NCBI RefSeq assembly: GCF_009914755.1
Contig: NC_060940.1
Origin: the human T2T-CHM13v2.0 reference genome, Homo sapiens
Direction: 5' to 3' (one strand)
Length of the DNA: 64,000 nt
Shown here: positions 28,901 through 44,162 of the stretch, piece after piece
Layout: the number at the start of each line of letters is the position of its first letter
Numbering within the stretch: the stretch's first letter is position 1
The notes under the pieces: generated by a model
Told to the model about the DNA's origin: nothing
Database searches by the model: none
Seen by the model: the letters and a program-made list of their open reading frames with translations, nothing else
Position numbers and translations under genes: made by a program

Positions 28901-31900
28901 TTGATGATGATCCCATTCGAGTCCATTCAGTGATTCCATTCGTTTCCATTCCATGATGATTCCATTCCTTTCCATTCAATGATTCCATTCGATTCCGTTT
29001 GATGATGATTTCATTCGAGTCCATTTGATGATTCCATTTGATTCCATTCGATGATGATTCCATTCGAGTCCATTCGATGATTCTATTCGAATCCATTTGA
29101 TGATTTCTTTTGATTATATTTGGTGATGATTCCATTGGAGTCCATTCAATGATTCCATTCTATTCCAATCGATGATGATTCCATTAGAGTCCATTTAATG
29201 ATTCCATTTGATTCCAGTCTCTGATGATTACATTCGAGTCCATACGATGATTCCACTCAATTCCATATGATGATGATTCCATTTGATTCCATTCGGTGAT
29301 TCCATTCTATTCTATTCAATGGTGATTCCATTCGAGTACATTAGATGATTCCATTCGATTCCATTCAATGATGATTCTATTTGTGTCCCTTAGATGATTC
29401 CACATGATTCCATTAGATGATGATACTATTTGAGCCCATCCAATGATTCCCTTCGATTCCATTCGATGAGGATTCCATTCGATTCAATTCATTGGTGATT
29501 CTATTCAATTCAATTCTTTGATTCCATTCCATTCCATTCGACAATGATTCCATTCGATTTCTTTCGATGATTCCACTCGATTCCACTTGACATTGATTCC
29601 ATTCGATTCCATTCAATGATTCCATTTGATTCCAGTGGATGATGATTGCCATCGATTCCATTCGATCACTCCATTCTATTCCATTTGATGATGATTACAT
29701 TCGATTCCATTTGATGATTCCATCTGATTCTATTCGAGGATTCCATTTGATTCCATTCGATGATGATTCCATTCGAGTGCATTCGATGATTTCATTCGAG
29801 TACATCCAATGATTCCATTCGAGTCCATTAGATGATTCCATTTGATTCCATTTGAAAATGATTCTACTAGAGTCCATTCAATGACTCCATTCGAGTCCAT
29901 TCAACAATTCCATTCGACTCCATTCGATGATTCCATTCGATTCCATTTGATGGTACCATTCGAGTCCATTTAATCATTACAGTCGAGTCCATTTGGTGAT
30001 TCCACTGGATTTCTTTTGATAATGATACCGTTCAATTACATTTGATGATGATCCCATTCAACTTCATTTGATGATGATTCCATTAGAGTCCACTCGATGA
30101 TTTCATTCGAGTCCCTTCATTGATTCCATCCGATTTCATTGGATGATGACTCCATTCGAGTCCATTCGATGATTCCACTCGATTCCATTAGATGACTCCA
30201 TTGGAGTCCATTTGATTGTTCCATTCGATTCCATTCGATTCCTTTCGAAGATTATTCCATTTGAGTCCATTCGATGATGATTCCATTCCATTCCATTCGA
30301 TGATTCCGTTTGATTCCATTCGATGATTCCCTTCGATTCCTTTCTTTGATGATTCCATTCCATTCCATTCAATGATTCCATTCGAATCTATTCCATGATG
30401 ATTCCTTTCGATTCCATTCGCTGATGTTTCCGTTCAATTCCATTCGATGATGATTCCATTCGATTCCATTCATTGAGGATTCCATTTGATTCCATTCAAT
30501 GATGATTCCATTCTATTCCATTCAATGATTGCATTCAATTCCATTCAATGATTATCCCATTAGAGTAAACTCAACGATTCCATTCAATACCATTCGATGA
30601 TGATTCCTTTTGAGTCCATTCAATGATTTCATTCAAGTCCATTTGATGATTCCTTTCAATTCCATTCTATGATGATTCCATTCGAGTCCATTCGATGATT
30701 CCATTCGATTGCATTCGATGATTCCATTATATTCCATTCAACGGTGATTCCATTCGAGTCCATTCCATGATTCCATTAGAGTACATTTAATGATTGCTTT
30801 GTTTTCAATTCGAAGATGATTACATTGGATTCCATTCTATGATACCATTCGATTCCATTCAATGATGATTCCACTCAAATCCATTGGATGATTCCATTCG
30901 TGTCCATTCGGTGATTTCATTAGATTCCATTCGAGGATGATTCCATTCGATTCCATTCGATGATTCCATTCAATTCCATTCGATGATGATTCCATTCCAG
31001 TCCATATGATCATTCCATTTGATTTCATTCGATGATGATTCCATTCGATTCCTTTCGACGATTCCATTCTATTCCATTCGATGATGATTCCATTCGAGTC
31101 CATTCGATGATTCCATTCGAGTCCATTTAATGATTCCATTGGGTTCAATTCAATGATGATTACATTGGATTCCGTTCTATGATTCCATTCAATTCCGTTC
31201 ATTGACAATTTGATTCCATTCGATGATGATTCCATTTGAGTTCATTCGATGATTCTATTCGATTCTCTTCGATGGTGATTCAATTCTATTATATTGGATG
31301 ATTCCATTCGATTCCATTTGATGTTGATTCAATTCGATTCTATTCGATGATGATTCCATTGGATTTCACTTGATGATTCTATTCGATTCCATTCAATGAT
31401 GATTCACTTCTCGTCCATTGGATGATTCCATTTCATTCCATTCGATGATGATTCCATTCGATTCCATTCGATGATTCCATTTGATTCCATGCGACGGTGA
31501 GCAATTCGATTCAATTCCATGATGATTCTATTTGATTCAATTAGATGATGTTTCCATTCGAATCCATTCCATGATTATTCCATTGGAATCCATTCGGCGA
31601 TGATTCCATATGAGTCAATTCAATGATGATTCCATATGGGTCCGTTCGATGATAATTCCATTTGATTTCATTCGATGCTTCTATTCAATTCCAGTCGATG
31701 ATGATTCCGTTGGAGTCCATACGATGATTCCATTTGATTTCATTTCATGATGATTCCATTCGATGACGATTACATTGGATTCCATTCTATGATTCCATTC
31801 AATTCCATTCGTTGATGATACGATTCCATTCAATGATGATTCCATTTGAGTTCATTCGGTGATTCTATTCGATTCCATTCTATGGTGATTCAATTCTCTT

Positions 31901-32041
31901 ATATTGGATGATTCGACTCGATTCCATTTGATGATTATTCCATTGGAGTCCACTTAGTGAATCCTTTAGATTCTACTCGAAGATGATTCCATTCGAGTCC
32001 ATTCGATGATACCATTCAATTCCATTCGTTGATGCTTCCAT
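25930..32041 (+). repeat. Unit 6 (6,112 bp)
   Basis: Landmark at 25930 and 32042. Confidence 0.9.
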
Positions 32042-35000
32042 TCAAGTGCATTCGATGATATCATTCGATTCCATTTGATGATAATTCCATTTGATTCCAT
32101 GCGATGATTCTATTCGATTCCATTCAATGATAATTCCATTCAATTCAGTGATTCCTCTGGACTCCATTTGATGATGATTCCATTCAATGATTCCATTCGA
32201 TTCTATTCGAAAATGATTACATTTGAATCCATTTCATGACGATTCCATTCCATTCCATTTGATGATTCCATACTATTCTATTCGATGATGATTCCATTCG
32301 ATTCCATTCGATGATGATTGGATTCGATTCCATTTGATGATTTCATTTGATTCCATTCGTTAATGATTTCGATCAATTCCATTCGATGATTCCATTCGAT
32401 TCCATTCGATAATGATTACATCCGAGTCCATTCGATGATTCCATTTGAGCCTGTTCGATAATTCCATTTGAGTCCAACCAATGATTCCATTCATTTCCAT
32501 TCAATGATTCCATTCGAGTCCATTTGATCATTCCGGTAGGGTCCATTCGATGTTGATTCCATTGGAGTGCATTCGATGATTCCATTCGAGTCCATTTTAG
32601 GATTTGATTCGAGTCCTTTCGATGATTCCATTCGATTCCACTCGATGATGATTTCATTCGAGTCCATTCGACACTTCCAATCGATTCCATTTGATGATTC
32701 CATTCGAGTCCAATTGATGATTCCATTCAATTCCATTCGATGATGATTCCGTACGATTCCATTCTGTGATGATTCCATGTGATTGCATTCAATGATGATT
32801 CCTTTCGATTGCATTCGATTATGATTCATTTCGTGTTCATTCTATGGTTCCACAGGTTTCCATTCGTGTCCATTCCATTATTCCATTCTATTCCATTTGA
32901 TGATGATTCCATTCGATTCCATTCATTGGTGATTCCACTCAATTCCATTCAATGATTCCATTCCATTTCTTTCAACAATGATTCCATTAGTTTCTAATCG
33001 AGGATCCACTTGATTCCATTTGACGACGATTCCATTCTTGTCCATTCGATGATTCCATTTGATTCCATATGATGATGATTCCATTCGATTCCATACCATG
33101 ATGATTCCATTCGAGTCCATTCAATGGTGATTCCATTCAATTCCATTCGATGATTCCTTTCGATTCCATTCGATGATGATGGCATTCGATTCCTTTCAAT
33201 CATTCCCTTTGATTCCATTCAAAGGTGATTTCATTCAAGTCCATTCGATAATTGCATTCGATTCCATTCTATGATGATTCCATTCGAGTCCATTTGATGA
33301 TTCCATTCAATTCAAGTCAATGATGATTCCATTCGATTCCATTCGATGATTCCATTGGATTCCATTCGATGATGATTCCATTCACATCCATTCGATAATT
33401 CAATTCAAGTCCATTCGATGATGATTCCAATCGAATCCATTCAAAGATTCCATTCAGTTCCATTCGATGATTCCCTTAGATTCCATTCGAGGATTCCACT
33501 TGATTGCATTTACGATGATTCCATTCGATTCCATGTGATGATTCCATTCAATTCTATTCAATGATGTCTCCATTTGATTCCATTCGACCATGATTGCCTT
33601 TGATTCCATTCAATGATTCCATTCGGTTCCGTTTGATGATGATTCCGTTCGATTCCATTTGATGATTCCATTGGATTCCATTGGATGAGTCCATTCGATT
33701 ACATTCGATGATTATTCCATTCGAGTGCATTAGATGATTCCATTCGAGTCCATTCGATGATTCCATTCGATTCCATTCGATGTTGATTCTGTTCAAATCC
33801 ATTCGATGATTCCACTCGATTCCATTCGTTGACTCCATTTGATCCCATTCGATGATTTCCTTTGATTCCCTTTGATGATCATTCCATTTGATTCAATTCG
33901 GTGATTTCATTTGATTCCATTCAGTGATGTTTCCATTCGACTCCATTCGATGATGATTCCATTCGACTCCATTCGATTATGATTTCATTCAATTCCATTC
34001 GATAATGATTCCCTTCGAGTCCATTCGATGATTCCATTCGATTCCATTCAACGATGATTTGATTCGTGTCCATTCGATGATTCCATTTGATTCCACTTGA
34101 TGATGATTCCATTCGAGTCCATTTGATGATTCCATTCAATTCCATACTCCGATGATTTCTTTTGAGCCCACTCAATGCTTCCACTCGATTCCATATGATG
34201 ATGACTCCATTCGATGAAATTCGATGATGATTCCATTCGCTTGCTTTCGATGATGATTCCACTTGAGTCCGTTAGAAGATTCTATTCAATTACATTCCAT
34301 GACGATTCCGTTCGAGTCCATTTGATGATTCCATTAGACTCCATTCGACGATGATTCCATTCGATGTTATTCGATGATTCCATTCGATCTCATTCGATGA
34401 TGATTCCATTAAACTCCATTCGATGTTTCCATTCGAGTTCATTCTATTATTCCATTAGATTCCATTCGATGATGATTCCATTCGATTCCATTTGATGATT
34501 GCATTCTATTTCATTTGATGATGATTCCATTCGAGTCCACTCGATGATTCCATTCGAGTCCATTTAATGAATCCATTGGTTTCAATTCTATGATGATTAC
34601 ATTGGATTCCATTCGTTGATGATTTCATTCGGTTCCATTCAATGATGATTCCATTCAATTCCTTTCAATGTTTCCATTCAATTCCATACGATGATGATTC
34701 CATTTGATTTGATTCGACAGTGAGCCATTCGATTCAATTTCATGATGATTCTATTTATTCAATTGGTTGACATTTCCATTCGATTCCATTCGATGATGAT
34801 TCCCTTTGATTCCATTCAAAGATGATTCCATTCTAGCCCATTCAATCATTCCATTCGATTCTATTCAATGATGATTCCATTCATGTCGATTTGGTGATTC
34901 CATTTGACTTCATTTGATGATGATTCCTTTCAAGTTCATTAGATGATTCCATTCGATTCCATTTGATGATGATCCCATTCGAGTCCATTCAGTGATTCCA

Positions 35001-38000
35001 CTCGTTTCCATTCCATGATGATTCCATTCCATTCCATTCAATGATTCCATTCGATTCCGATGGATGATGATTTCATTCGAGTCCATTTGATGATTCCATT
35101 TGATTCCATTCGATGATGATTCCATTCGAGTCCATTCGATGATTCTATTCGAATCCATTTGATGATTTCTTTTGATTATAGTTGGTGATGATTCCATTGG
35201 AGTCCATTCAATGATTCCATTCGATTCCAATCGATGGTGATTCCATTAGAGTCCATTTAATGATTCCATTTGATTCCAGTCTCTGATGATTACATTCGAG
35301 TCCATACGATGATTCCACTCAATTCCATATGATGATGATTCCATTCGATTCCATTCGGTGATTCCATTCTATTCTATTCAGTGGTGATTCCATTCGAGTA
35401 CATTAGATGATTCCATTCGATTCCATTCAATGATGATTCTATTTGTGTCCCTTAGATGATTCCACATGATTCCATTAGATGATGATACTATTTGAGCCCA
35501 TCCAATGATTCCCTTCGATTCCATTCGATGAGGATTCCATTCGATTCAATTCATTGGTGATTCTATTCAATTCAATTCTTTGATTCCATTCCATTCCATT
35601 CGACAATGATTCCATTCGATTTCTTTCGATGATTCCACTCGATTCCACTTGATATTGATTCCCTTCGATTCCATTCAATGATTCCATTTGATTCCAGTGG
35701 ATGATGATTGCCATCGATTCCATTCGATCACTCCATTCTATTCCATTTGATGATGATTACATTCGATTCCATTTGACGATTCCATCTGATTCTATTCGAG
35801 GATTCCATTTGATTCCATTCGATGATGATTCCATTCGAGTCCATTCGATGATTTCATTCGAGTACATCCAATGATTCCATTCGAGTCCATTTGATGATTC
35901 CATTTGATTCCATTTGATTATGATTCTACTAGAGTCCATTCAATGACTCCATTCGAGTCCATTCAACAATTCCATTCGACTCCATTCGATGATTCCATTC
36001 GATTCCATTTGATGATTCCATTCGAGTCCATTTAATCATTACAGTCGAGTCCATTTGGTGATTCCGCTGGATTTCCTTTGATAATGATACCATTCAATTA
36101 CATTTGATGATGATCCCATTCAATTTCATTTGATGATGATTCCATTAGAGTCCATTCGATGATTTTATTCGAGTCCCTTCATTGATTCCATCCGATTTCA
36201 TTGGATGATGACTCCATTCGAGTCCATTCGATGATTCCACTCGATTCCATTAGATGATTCCATTGGAGTCCATTTGATTGTTCCATTCGATTCCATTCGA
36301 TTCCTTTCGAAGATTATTCCATTTGAGTCCATTCGATGATGATTCCATTCCATTCCATTCGATGATTCCGTTTGATTCCATTCGATGATTCCCTTCGATT
36401 CCTTTCTTTGATGATTCCATTCCATTCCATTCAATGATTCCATTCGAATCTATTCCATGATGATTCCTTTCGATTCCATTCGCTGATGTTTCCGTTCAAT
36501 TCCATTCGATGATGATTCCATTCGATTCCATTCATTGAGGATTCCATTTGATTCCATTCAATGATGATTCCATTCTATTCCATTCAATGATTGCATTCAA
36601 TTCCATTCAATGATTATCCCATTAGAGTAAACTCAACGATTCCATTCAATACCATTCGATGATGATTCCTTTTGAGTCCATTCAATGATTTCATTCAAGT
36701 CCATTTGATGATTCCTTTCAATTCCATTCTATGATGATTCCATTCGAGTCCATTCGATGATTCCATTCGATTGCATTCGATGATTCCATTATATTCCATT
36801 CAACGATGATTCCATTCGAGTCCATTCGATGATTCCATTAGAGTACATTTAATGATTGCTTTGTTTTCAATTCGAAGATGATTACATTCGATTCCATTCT
36901 ATGATACCATTCGTTTCCATTCAATGATGACTCCACTCAAATCCATTGGATGATTCCATTCGTGTCCATTCGGTGATTTCATTAGATTCCATTCGAGGAT
37001 GATTCCATTCGATTCCATTCGATGATTCCATTCAATTCCATTCGATGATGATTCCATTCGAGTCCATATGATCATTCCATTTGATTTCATTCGATGATGA
37101 TTCCATTCGATTCCATTCGACGATTCCATTCTATTCCATTCGATGATGATTCCATTCGAGTCCATTCGATGATTCCATTCGAGTCCATTTAATGATTCCA
37201 TTGGGTTCAATTCAATGATGATTACATTGGATTCCGTTCTATGATTCCATTCAATTCCGTTCATTGACAATTTGATTCCATTCGATGATGATTCCATTTG
37301 AGTTCATTCGATGATTCTATTCGATTCTCTTCGATGGTGATTCAATTCTATTATATTGGATGATTCCATTCGATTCCATTTGATGTTGATTCAATTCGAT
37401 TCTATTCGATGATGATTCCATTGGATTTCACTTGATGATTCTATTCGATTCCATTCAATGATGATTCACTTCTCGTCCATTGGATGATTCCATTTCATTC
37501 CATTCGATGATGATTCCATTCGATTCCATTCGATGATTCCATTTGATTCCATGCGACGGTGAGCAATTCGATTCAATTCCATGATGATTCTATTTGATTC
37601 AATTAGATGATGTTTCCATTCGAATCCATTCCATGATTATTCCATTGGAATCCATTCGGCGATGATTCCATATGAGTCAATTCAATGATGATTCCATATG
37701 GGTCCGTTCGATGATAATTCCATTTGATTTCATTCGATGCTTCTATTCAATTCCAGTCGATGATGATTCCGTTGGAGTCCATACGATGATTCCATTTGAT
37801 TTCATTTCATGATGATTCCATTCGGTGACGATTACATTGGATTCCATTCTATGATTCCATTCAATTCCATTCGTTGATGATTCGATTCCATTCAATGATG
37901 ATTCCATTTGAGTTCATTCGGTGATTCTATTCGATTCCATTCTATGGTGATTCAATTCTCTTATATTGGATGATTCGACTCGATTCCATTTGATGATTAT

Positions 38001-38103
38001 TCCATTGGAGTCCACTTAGTGAATCCTTTAGATTCTACTCGAAGATGATTCCATTCGAGTCCATTCGATGATACCATTCAATTCCATTCGTTGATGCTTC
38101 CAT
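32042..38103 (+). repeat. Unit 7 (6,062 bp)
   Basis: Landmark at 32042 and 38104. It has the 49-bp-short start and a 1-bp deletion (CTATTTATTC, ~34756). BamHI variant at 33002. Confidence 0.9.
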
Positions 38104-41100
38104 TCAAGTGCATTCGATGATATCATTCGATTCCATTTGATGATAATTCCATTTGATTCCATGCGATGATTCTATTCGATTCCATTCAATGATAATTCCA
38201 TTCAATTCAGTGATTCCTCTGGACTCCATTTGATGATGATTCCATTCAATGATTCCATTCGATTCTATTCGAAAATGATTACATTTGAATCCATTTGATG
38301 ACGATTCCATTCCATTCCATTTGATGATTCCATACTATTCTATTCGATGATGATTCCATTCGATTCCATTCGATGATGATTGGATTCGATTCCATTTGAT
38401 GATTTCATTTGATTCCATTCGTTAATGATTTCGATCAATTCCATTCGATGATTCCATTCGATTCCATTCGATAATGATTACATCCGAGTCCATTCGATGA
38501 TTCCATTTGAGCCTGTTCGATAATTCCATTTGAGTCCAACCAATGATTCCATTCATTTCCATTCAATGATTCCATTCGAGTCCATTTGATCATTCCGGTA
38601 GGGTCCATTCGATGTTGATTCCATTGGAGTGCATTCGATGATTCCATTCGAGTCCATTTTAGGATTTGATTCGAGTCCTTTCGATGATTCCATTCGATTC
38701 CACTCGATGATGATTTCATTCGAGTCCATTCGACACTTCCAATCGATTCCATTTGATGATTCCATTCGAGTCCTATTGATGATTCCATTCAATTCCATTC
38801 GATGATGATTCCGTACGATTCCATTCTGTGATGATTCCATGTGATTGCATTCAATGATGATTCCTTTCGATTGCATTCGATTATGATTCATTTCGTCTTC
38901 ATTCTATGGTTCCACAGGTTTCCATTCGTGTCCATTCCATTATTCCATTCTATTCCATTTGATGATGATTCCATTCGATTCCATTCATTGGTGATTCCAC
39001 TCAATTCCATTCAATGATTCCATTCCATTTCTTTCAACAATGATTCCATTAGTTTCTAATCGATGATCCACTTGATTCCATTTGACGACGATTCCATTCT
39101 TGTCCATTCGATGATTCCATTTGATTCCATATGATGATGATTCCATTCGATTCCATACCATGATGATTCCATTCGAGTCCATTCAATGGTGATTCCATTC
39201 AATTCCATTCGATGATTCCTTTCGATTCCATTCGATGATGATGGCATTCGATTCCTTTCAATCATTCCCTTTGATTCCATTCAAAGGTGATTTCATTCAA
39301 GTCCATTCGATAATTGCATTCGATTCCATTCTATGATGATTCCATTCGAGTCCATTTGATGATTCCATTCAATTCAAGTCAATGATGATTCCATTCGATT
39401 CCATTCGATGATTCCATTGGATTCCATTCGATGATGATTCCATTCAAATCCATTCGATAATTCAATTCAAGTCCATTCGATGATGATTCCAATCGAATCC
39501 ATTCAAAGATTCCATTCAGTTCCATTCGATGATTCCCTTGGATTCCATTCGATGATTCCACTTGATTGCATTTACGATGATTCCATTCGATTCCATGTGA
39601 TGATTCCATTCAATTCTATTCAATGATGTCTCCATTTGATTCCATTCGACCATGATTGCCTTTGATTCCATTCAATGATTCCATTCGGTTCCGTTTGATG
39701 ATGATTCCGTTCGATTCCATTTGATGATTCCATTTGATTCCATTGGATGAGTCCATTCGATTACATTCGATGATTATTCCATTCGAGTGCATTAGATGAT
39801 TCCATTCGAGTCCATTCGATGATTCCATTCGATTCCATTCGATGTTGATTCTGTTCAAATCCATTCGATGATTCCACTCGATTCCATTCGTTGACTCCAT
39901 TTGATCCCATTCGATGATTTCCTTTGATTCCCTTTGATGATCATTCCATTTGATTCAATTCGGTGATTTCATTTGATTCCATTCAGTGATGTTTCCATTC
40001 GACTCCATTCGATGATGATTCCATTCGACTCCATTCGATTATGATTTCATTCAATTCCATTCGATAATGATTCCCTTCGAGTCCATTCGATGATTCCATT
40101 CGATTCCATTCAACGATGATTTGATTCGTGTCCATTCGATGATTCCATTTGATTCCACTTGATGATGATTCCATTCGAGTCCATTTGATGATTCCATTCA
40201 ATTCCATACTCCGATGATTTCTTTTGAGCCCACTCAATGCTTCCACTCGATTCCATATGATGATGACTCCATTCGATGAAATTCGATGATGATTCCATTC
40301 GCTTGCTTTCGATGATGATTCCACTTGAGTCCGTTAGAAGATTCTATTCAATTACATTCCAGGACGATTCCGTTCGAGTCCATTTGATGATTCCATTAGA
40401 CTCCATTCGACGATGATTCCATTCGATGTTATTCCATGATTCCATTCGATCTCATTCGATGATGATTCCATTCAACTCCATTCGATGTTTCCATTCGAGT
40501 TCATTCTATTATTCCATTAGATTCCATTCGATGATGATTCCATTCGATTCCATTTGATGATTGCATTCTATTTCATTTGATGATGATTCCATTCGAGTCC
40601 ACTCGATGATTCCATTCGAGTCCATTTAATGAATCCATTGGTTTCAATTCTATGATGATTACATTGGATTCCATTCGTTGATGATTTCATTCAGTTCCAT
40701 TCAATGATGATTCCATTCAATTCCTTTCAATGTTTCCATTCAATTCCATACGATGATGATTCCATTTGATTTGATTCGACAGTGAGCCATTCGATTCAAT
40801 TTCATGATGATTCTATTTATTCAATTGGTTGACATTTCCATTCGATTCCATTCGATGATGATTCCCTTTGATTCCATTCAAAGATGATTCCATTCTAGCC
40901 CATTCAATCATTCCATTCGATTCTATTCAATGATGATTCCATTCATGTCGATTTGGTGATTCCATTTGACTTCATTTGATGATGATTCCTTTCAAGTTCA
41001 TTAGATGATTCCATTCGATTCCATTTGATGATGATCCCATTCGAGTCCATTCAGTGATTCCATTCGTTTCCATTCCATGATGATTCCATTACTTTCCATT

Positions 41101-44100
41101 CAATGATTCCATTCGATTCCGTTGGATGATGATTTCATTCGAGTCCATTTGATGATTCCATTTGATTCCATTCGATGATGATTCCATTCGAGTCCATTCG
41201 ATGATTCTATTCGAATCCATTTGATGATTTCTTTTGATTATATTTGGTGATGATTCCATTGGAGTCCATTCAATGATTCCATTCTATTCCAATCGATGAT
41301 GATTCCATTAGAGTCCATTTAATGATTCCATTTGATTCCAGTCTCTGATGATTACATTCGAGTCCATACGATGATTCCACTCAATTCCATATGATGATGA
41401 TTCCATTTGATTCCATTCGGTGATTCCATTCTATTCTATTCAGTGGTGATTCCATTCGAGTACATTAGATGATTCCATTCGATTCCATTCAATGATGATT
41501 CTATTTGTGTCCCTTAGATGATTCCACATGATTCCATTAGATGATGATACTATTTGAGCCCATCCAATGATTCCCTTCGATTCCATTCGATGAGGATTCC
41601 ATTCGATTCAATTCATTGGTGATTCTATTCAATTCAATTCTTTGATTCCATTCCATTCCATTCGACAATGATTCCATTCGATTTCTTTCGATGATTCCAC
41701 TCGATTCCACTTGACATTGATTCCCTTCGATTCCATTCAATGATTCCATTTGATTCCAGTGGATGATGATTGCCATCGATTCCATTCGATCACTCCATTC
41801 TATTCCATTTGATGATGATTACATTCGATTCCATTTGACGATTCCATCTGATTCTATTCGAGGATTCCATTTGATTCCATTCGATGATGATTCCATTCGA
41901 GTCCATTCGATGATTTCATTCGAGTACATCCAATGATTCCATTCGAGTCCATTTGATGATTCCATTTGATTCCATTTGATTATGATTCTACTAGAGTCCA
42001 TTCAATGACTCCATTTGAGTCCATTCAACAATTCCATTCGACTCCATTCGATGATTCCATTCGATTCCATTTGATGATTCCATTCGAGTCCATTTAATCA
42101 TTACAGTCGAGTCCATTTGGTGATTCCGCTGGATTTCCTTTGATAATGATACCATTCGATTACATTTGATGATGATCCCATTCAATTTCATTTGATGATG
42201 ATTCCATTAGAGTCCATTCGATGATTTTATTCGAGTCCCTTCATTGATTCCATCCGATTTCATTGGATGATGACTCCATTCGAGTCCATTCGATGATTCC
42301 ACTCGATTCCATTAGATGATTCCATTGGAGTCCATTTGATTGTTCCATTCGATTCCATTCGATTCCTTTCGAAGATTATTCCATTTGAGTCCATTCGATG
42401 ATGATTCCATTCCATTCCATTCGATGATTCCGTTTGATTCCATTCGATGATTCCCTTCGATTCCTTTCTTTGATGATTCCATTCCATTCCATTCAATGAT
42501 TCCATTCGAATCTATTCCATGATGATTCCTTTCGATTCCATTCGCTGATGTTTCCGTTCAATTCCATTCGATGATGATTCCATTCGATTCCATTCATTGA
42601 GGATTCCATTTGATTCCATTCAATGATTCCATTCTATTCCATTCAATGATTGCATTCAATTCCATTCAATGATTATCCCATTAGAGTAAACTCAACGATT
42701 CCTTTCAATACCATTCGATGATGATTCCTTTTGAGTCCATTCAATGATTTCATTCAAGTCCATTTGATGATTCCTTTCAATTCCATTCTATGATGATTCC
42801 ATTCGAGTCCATTCGATGATTCCATTCGATTGCATTCGATGATTCCATTATATTCCATTCAACGATGATTCCATTCGAGTCCATTCGATGATTCCATTAG
42901 AGTACATTTAATGATTGCTTTGTTTTCAATTCGAAGATGATTACATTCGATTCCATTCTATGATACCATTCGATTCCATTCAATGATGACTCCACTCAAA
43001 TCCATTGGATGATTCCATTCGTGTCCATTCGGTGATTTCATTAGATTCCATTCGAGGATGATTCCATTCGATTCCATTCGATGATTCCATTCAATTCCAT
43101 TCGATGATGATTCCATTCGAGTCCATATGATCATTCCATTTGATTTCATTCGATGATGATTCCATTCGATTCCATTCGACGATTCCATTCTATTCCATTC
43201 GATGATGATTCCATTCGAGTCCATTCGATGATTCCATTCGAGTCCATTTAATGATTCCATTGGGTTCAATTCAATGATGATTACATTGGATTCCGTTCTA
43301 TGATTCCATTCAATTCCGTTCATTGACAATTTGATTCCATTCGATGATGATTCCATTTGAGTTCATTCGATGATTCTATTCGATTCTCTTCGATGGTGAT
43401 TCAATTCTATTATATTGGATGATTCCATTCGATTCCATTTGATGTTGATTCAATTCGATTCTATTCGATGATGATTCCATTGGATTTCACTTGATGATTC
43501 TATTCGATTCCATTCAATGATGATTCACTTCTCGTCCATTGGATGATTCCATTTCATTCCATTCGATGATGATTCCATTCGATTCCATTCGATGATTCCA
43601 TTTGATTCCATGCGACGGTGAGCAATTCGATTCAATTCCATGATGATTCTATTTGATTCAATTAGATGATGTTTCCATTCGAATCCATTCCATGATTATT
43701 CCATTGGAATCCATTCGGCGATGATTCCATATGAGTCAATTCAATGATGATTCCATATGGGTCCGTTCGATGATAATTCCATTTGATTTCATTCGATGCT
43801 TCTATTCAATTCCAGTCGATGATGATTCCGTTGGAGTCCATACGATGATTCCATTTGATTTCATTTCATGATGATTCCATTCGATGACGATTACATTGGA
43901 TTCCATTCTATGATTCCATTCAATTCCATTCGTTGATGATACGATTCCATTCAATGATGATTCCATTTGAGTTCATTCGGTGATTCTATTCGATTCCATT
44001 CTATGGTGATTCAATTCTCTTATATTGGATGATTCGACTCGATTCCATTTGATGATTATTCCATTGGAGTCCACTTAGTGAATCCTTTAGATTCTACTCG

Positions 44101-44162
44101 AAGATGATTCCATTCGAGTCCATTCGATGATACCATTCAATTCCATTCGTTGATGCTTCCAT
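38104..44162 (+). repeat. Unit 8 (6,059 bp)
   Basis: Landmark at 38104 and 44163; additional 3-bp ATG loss near 42624. Confidence 0.9.
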
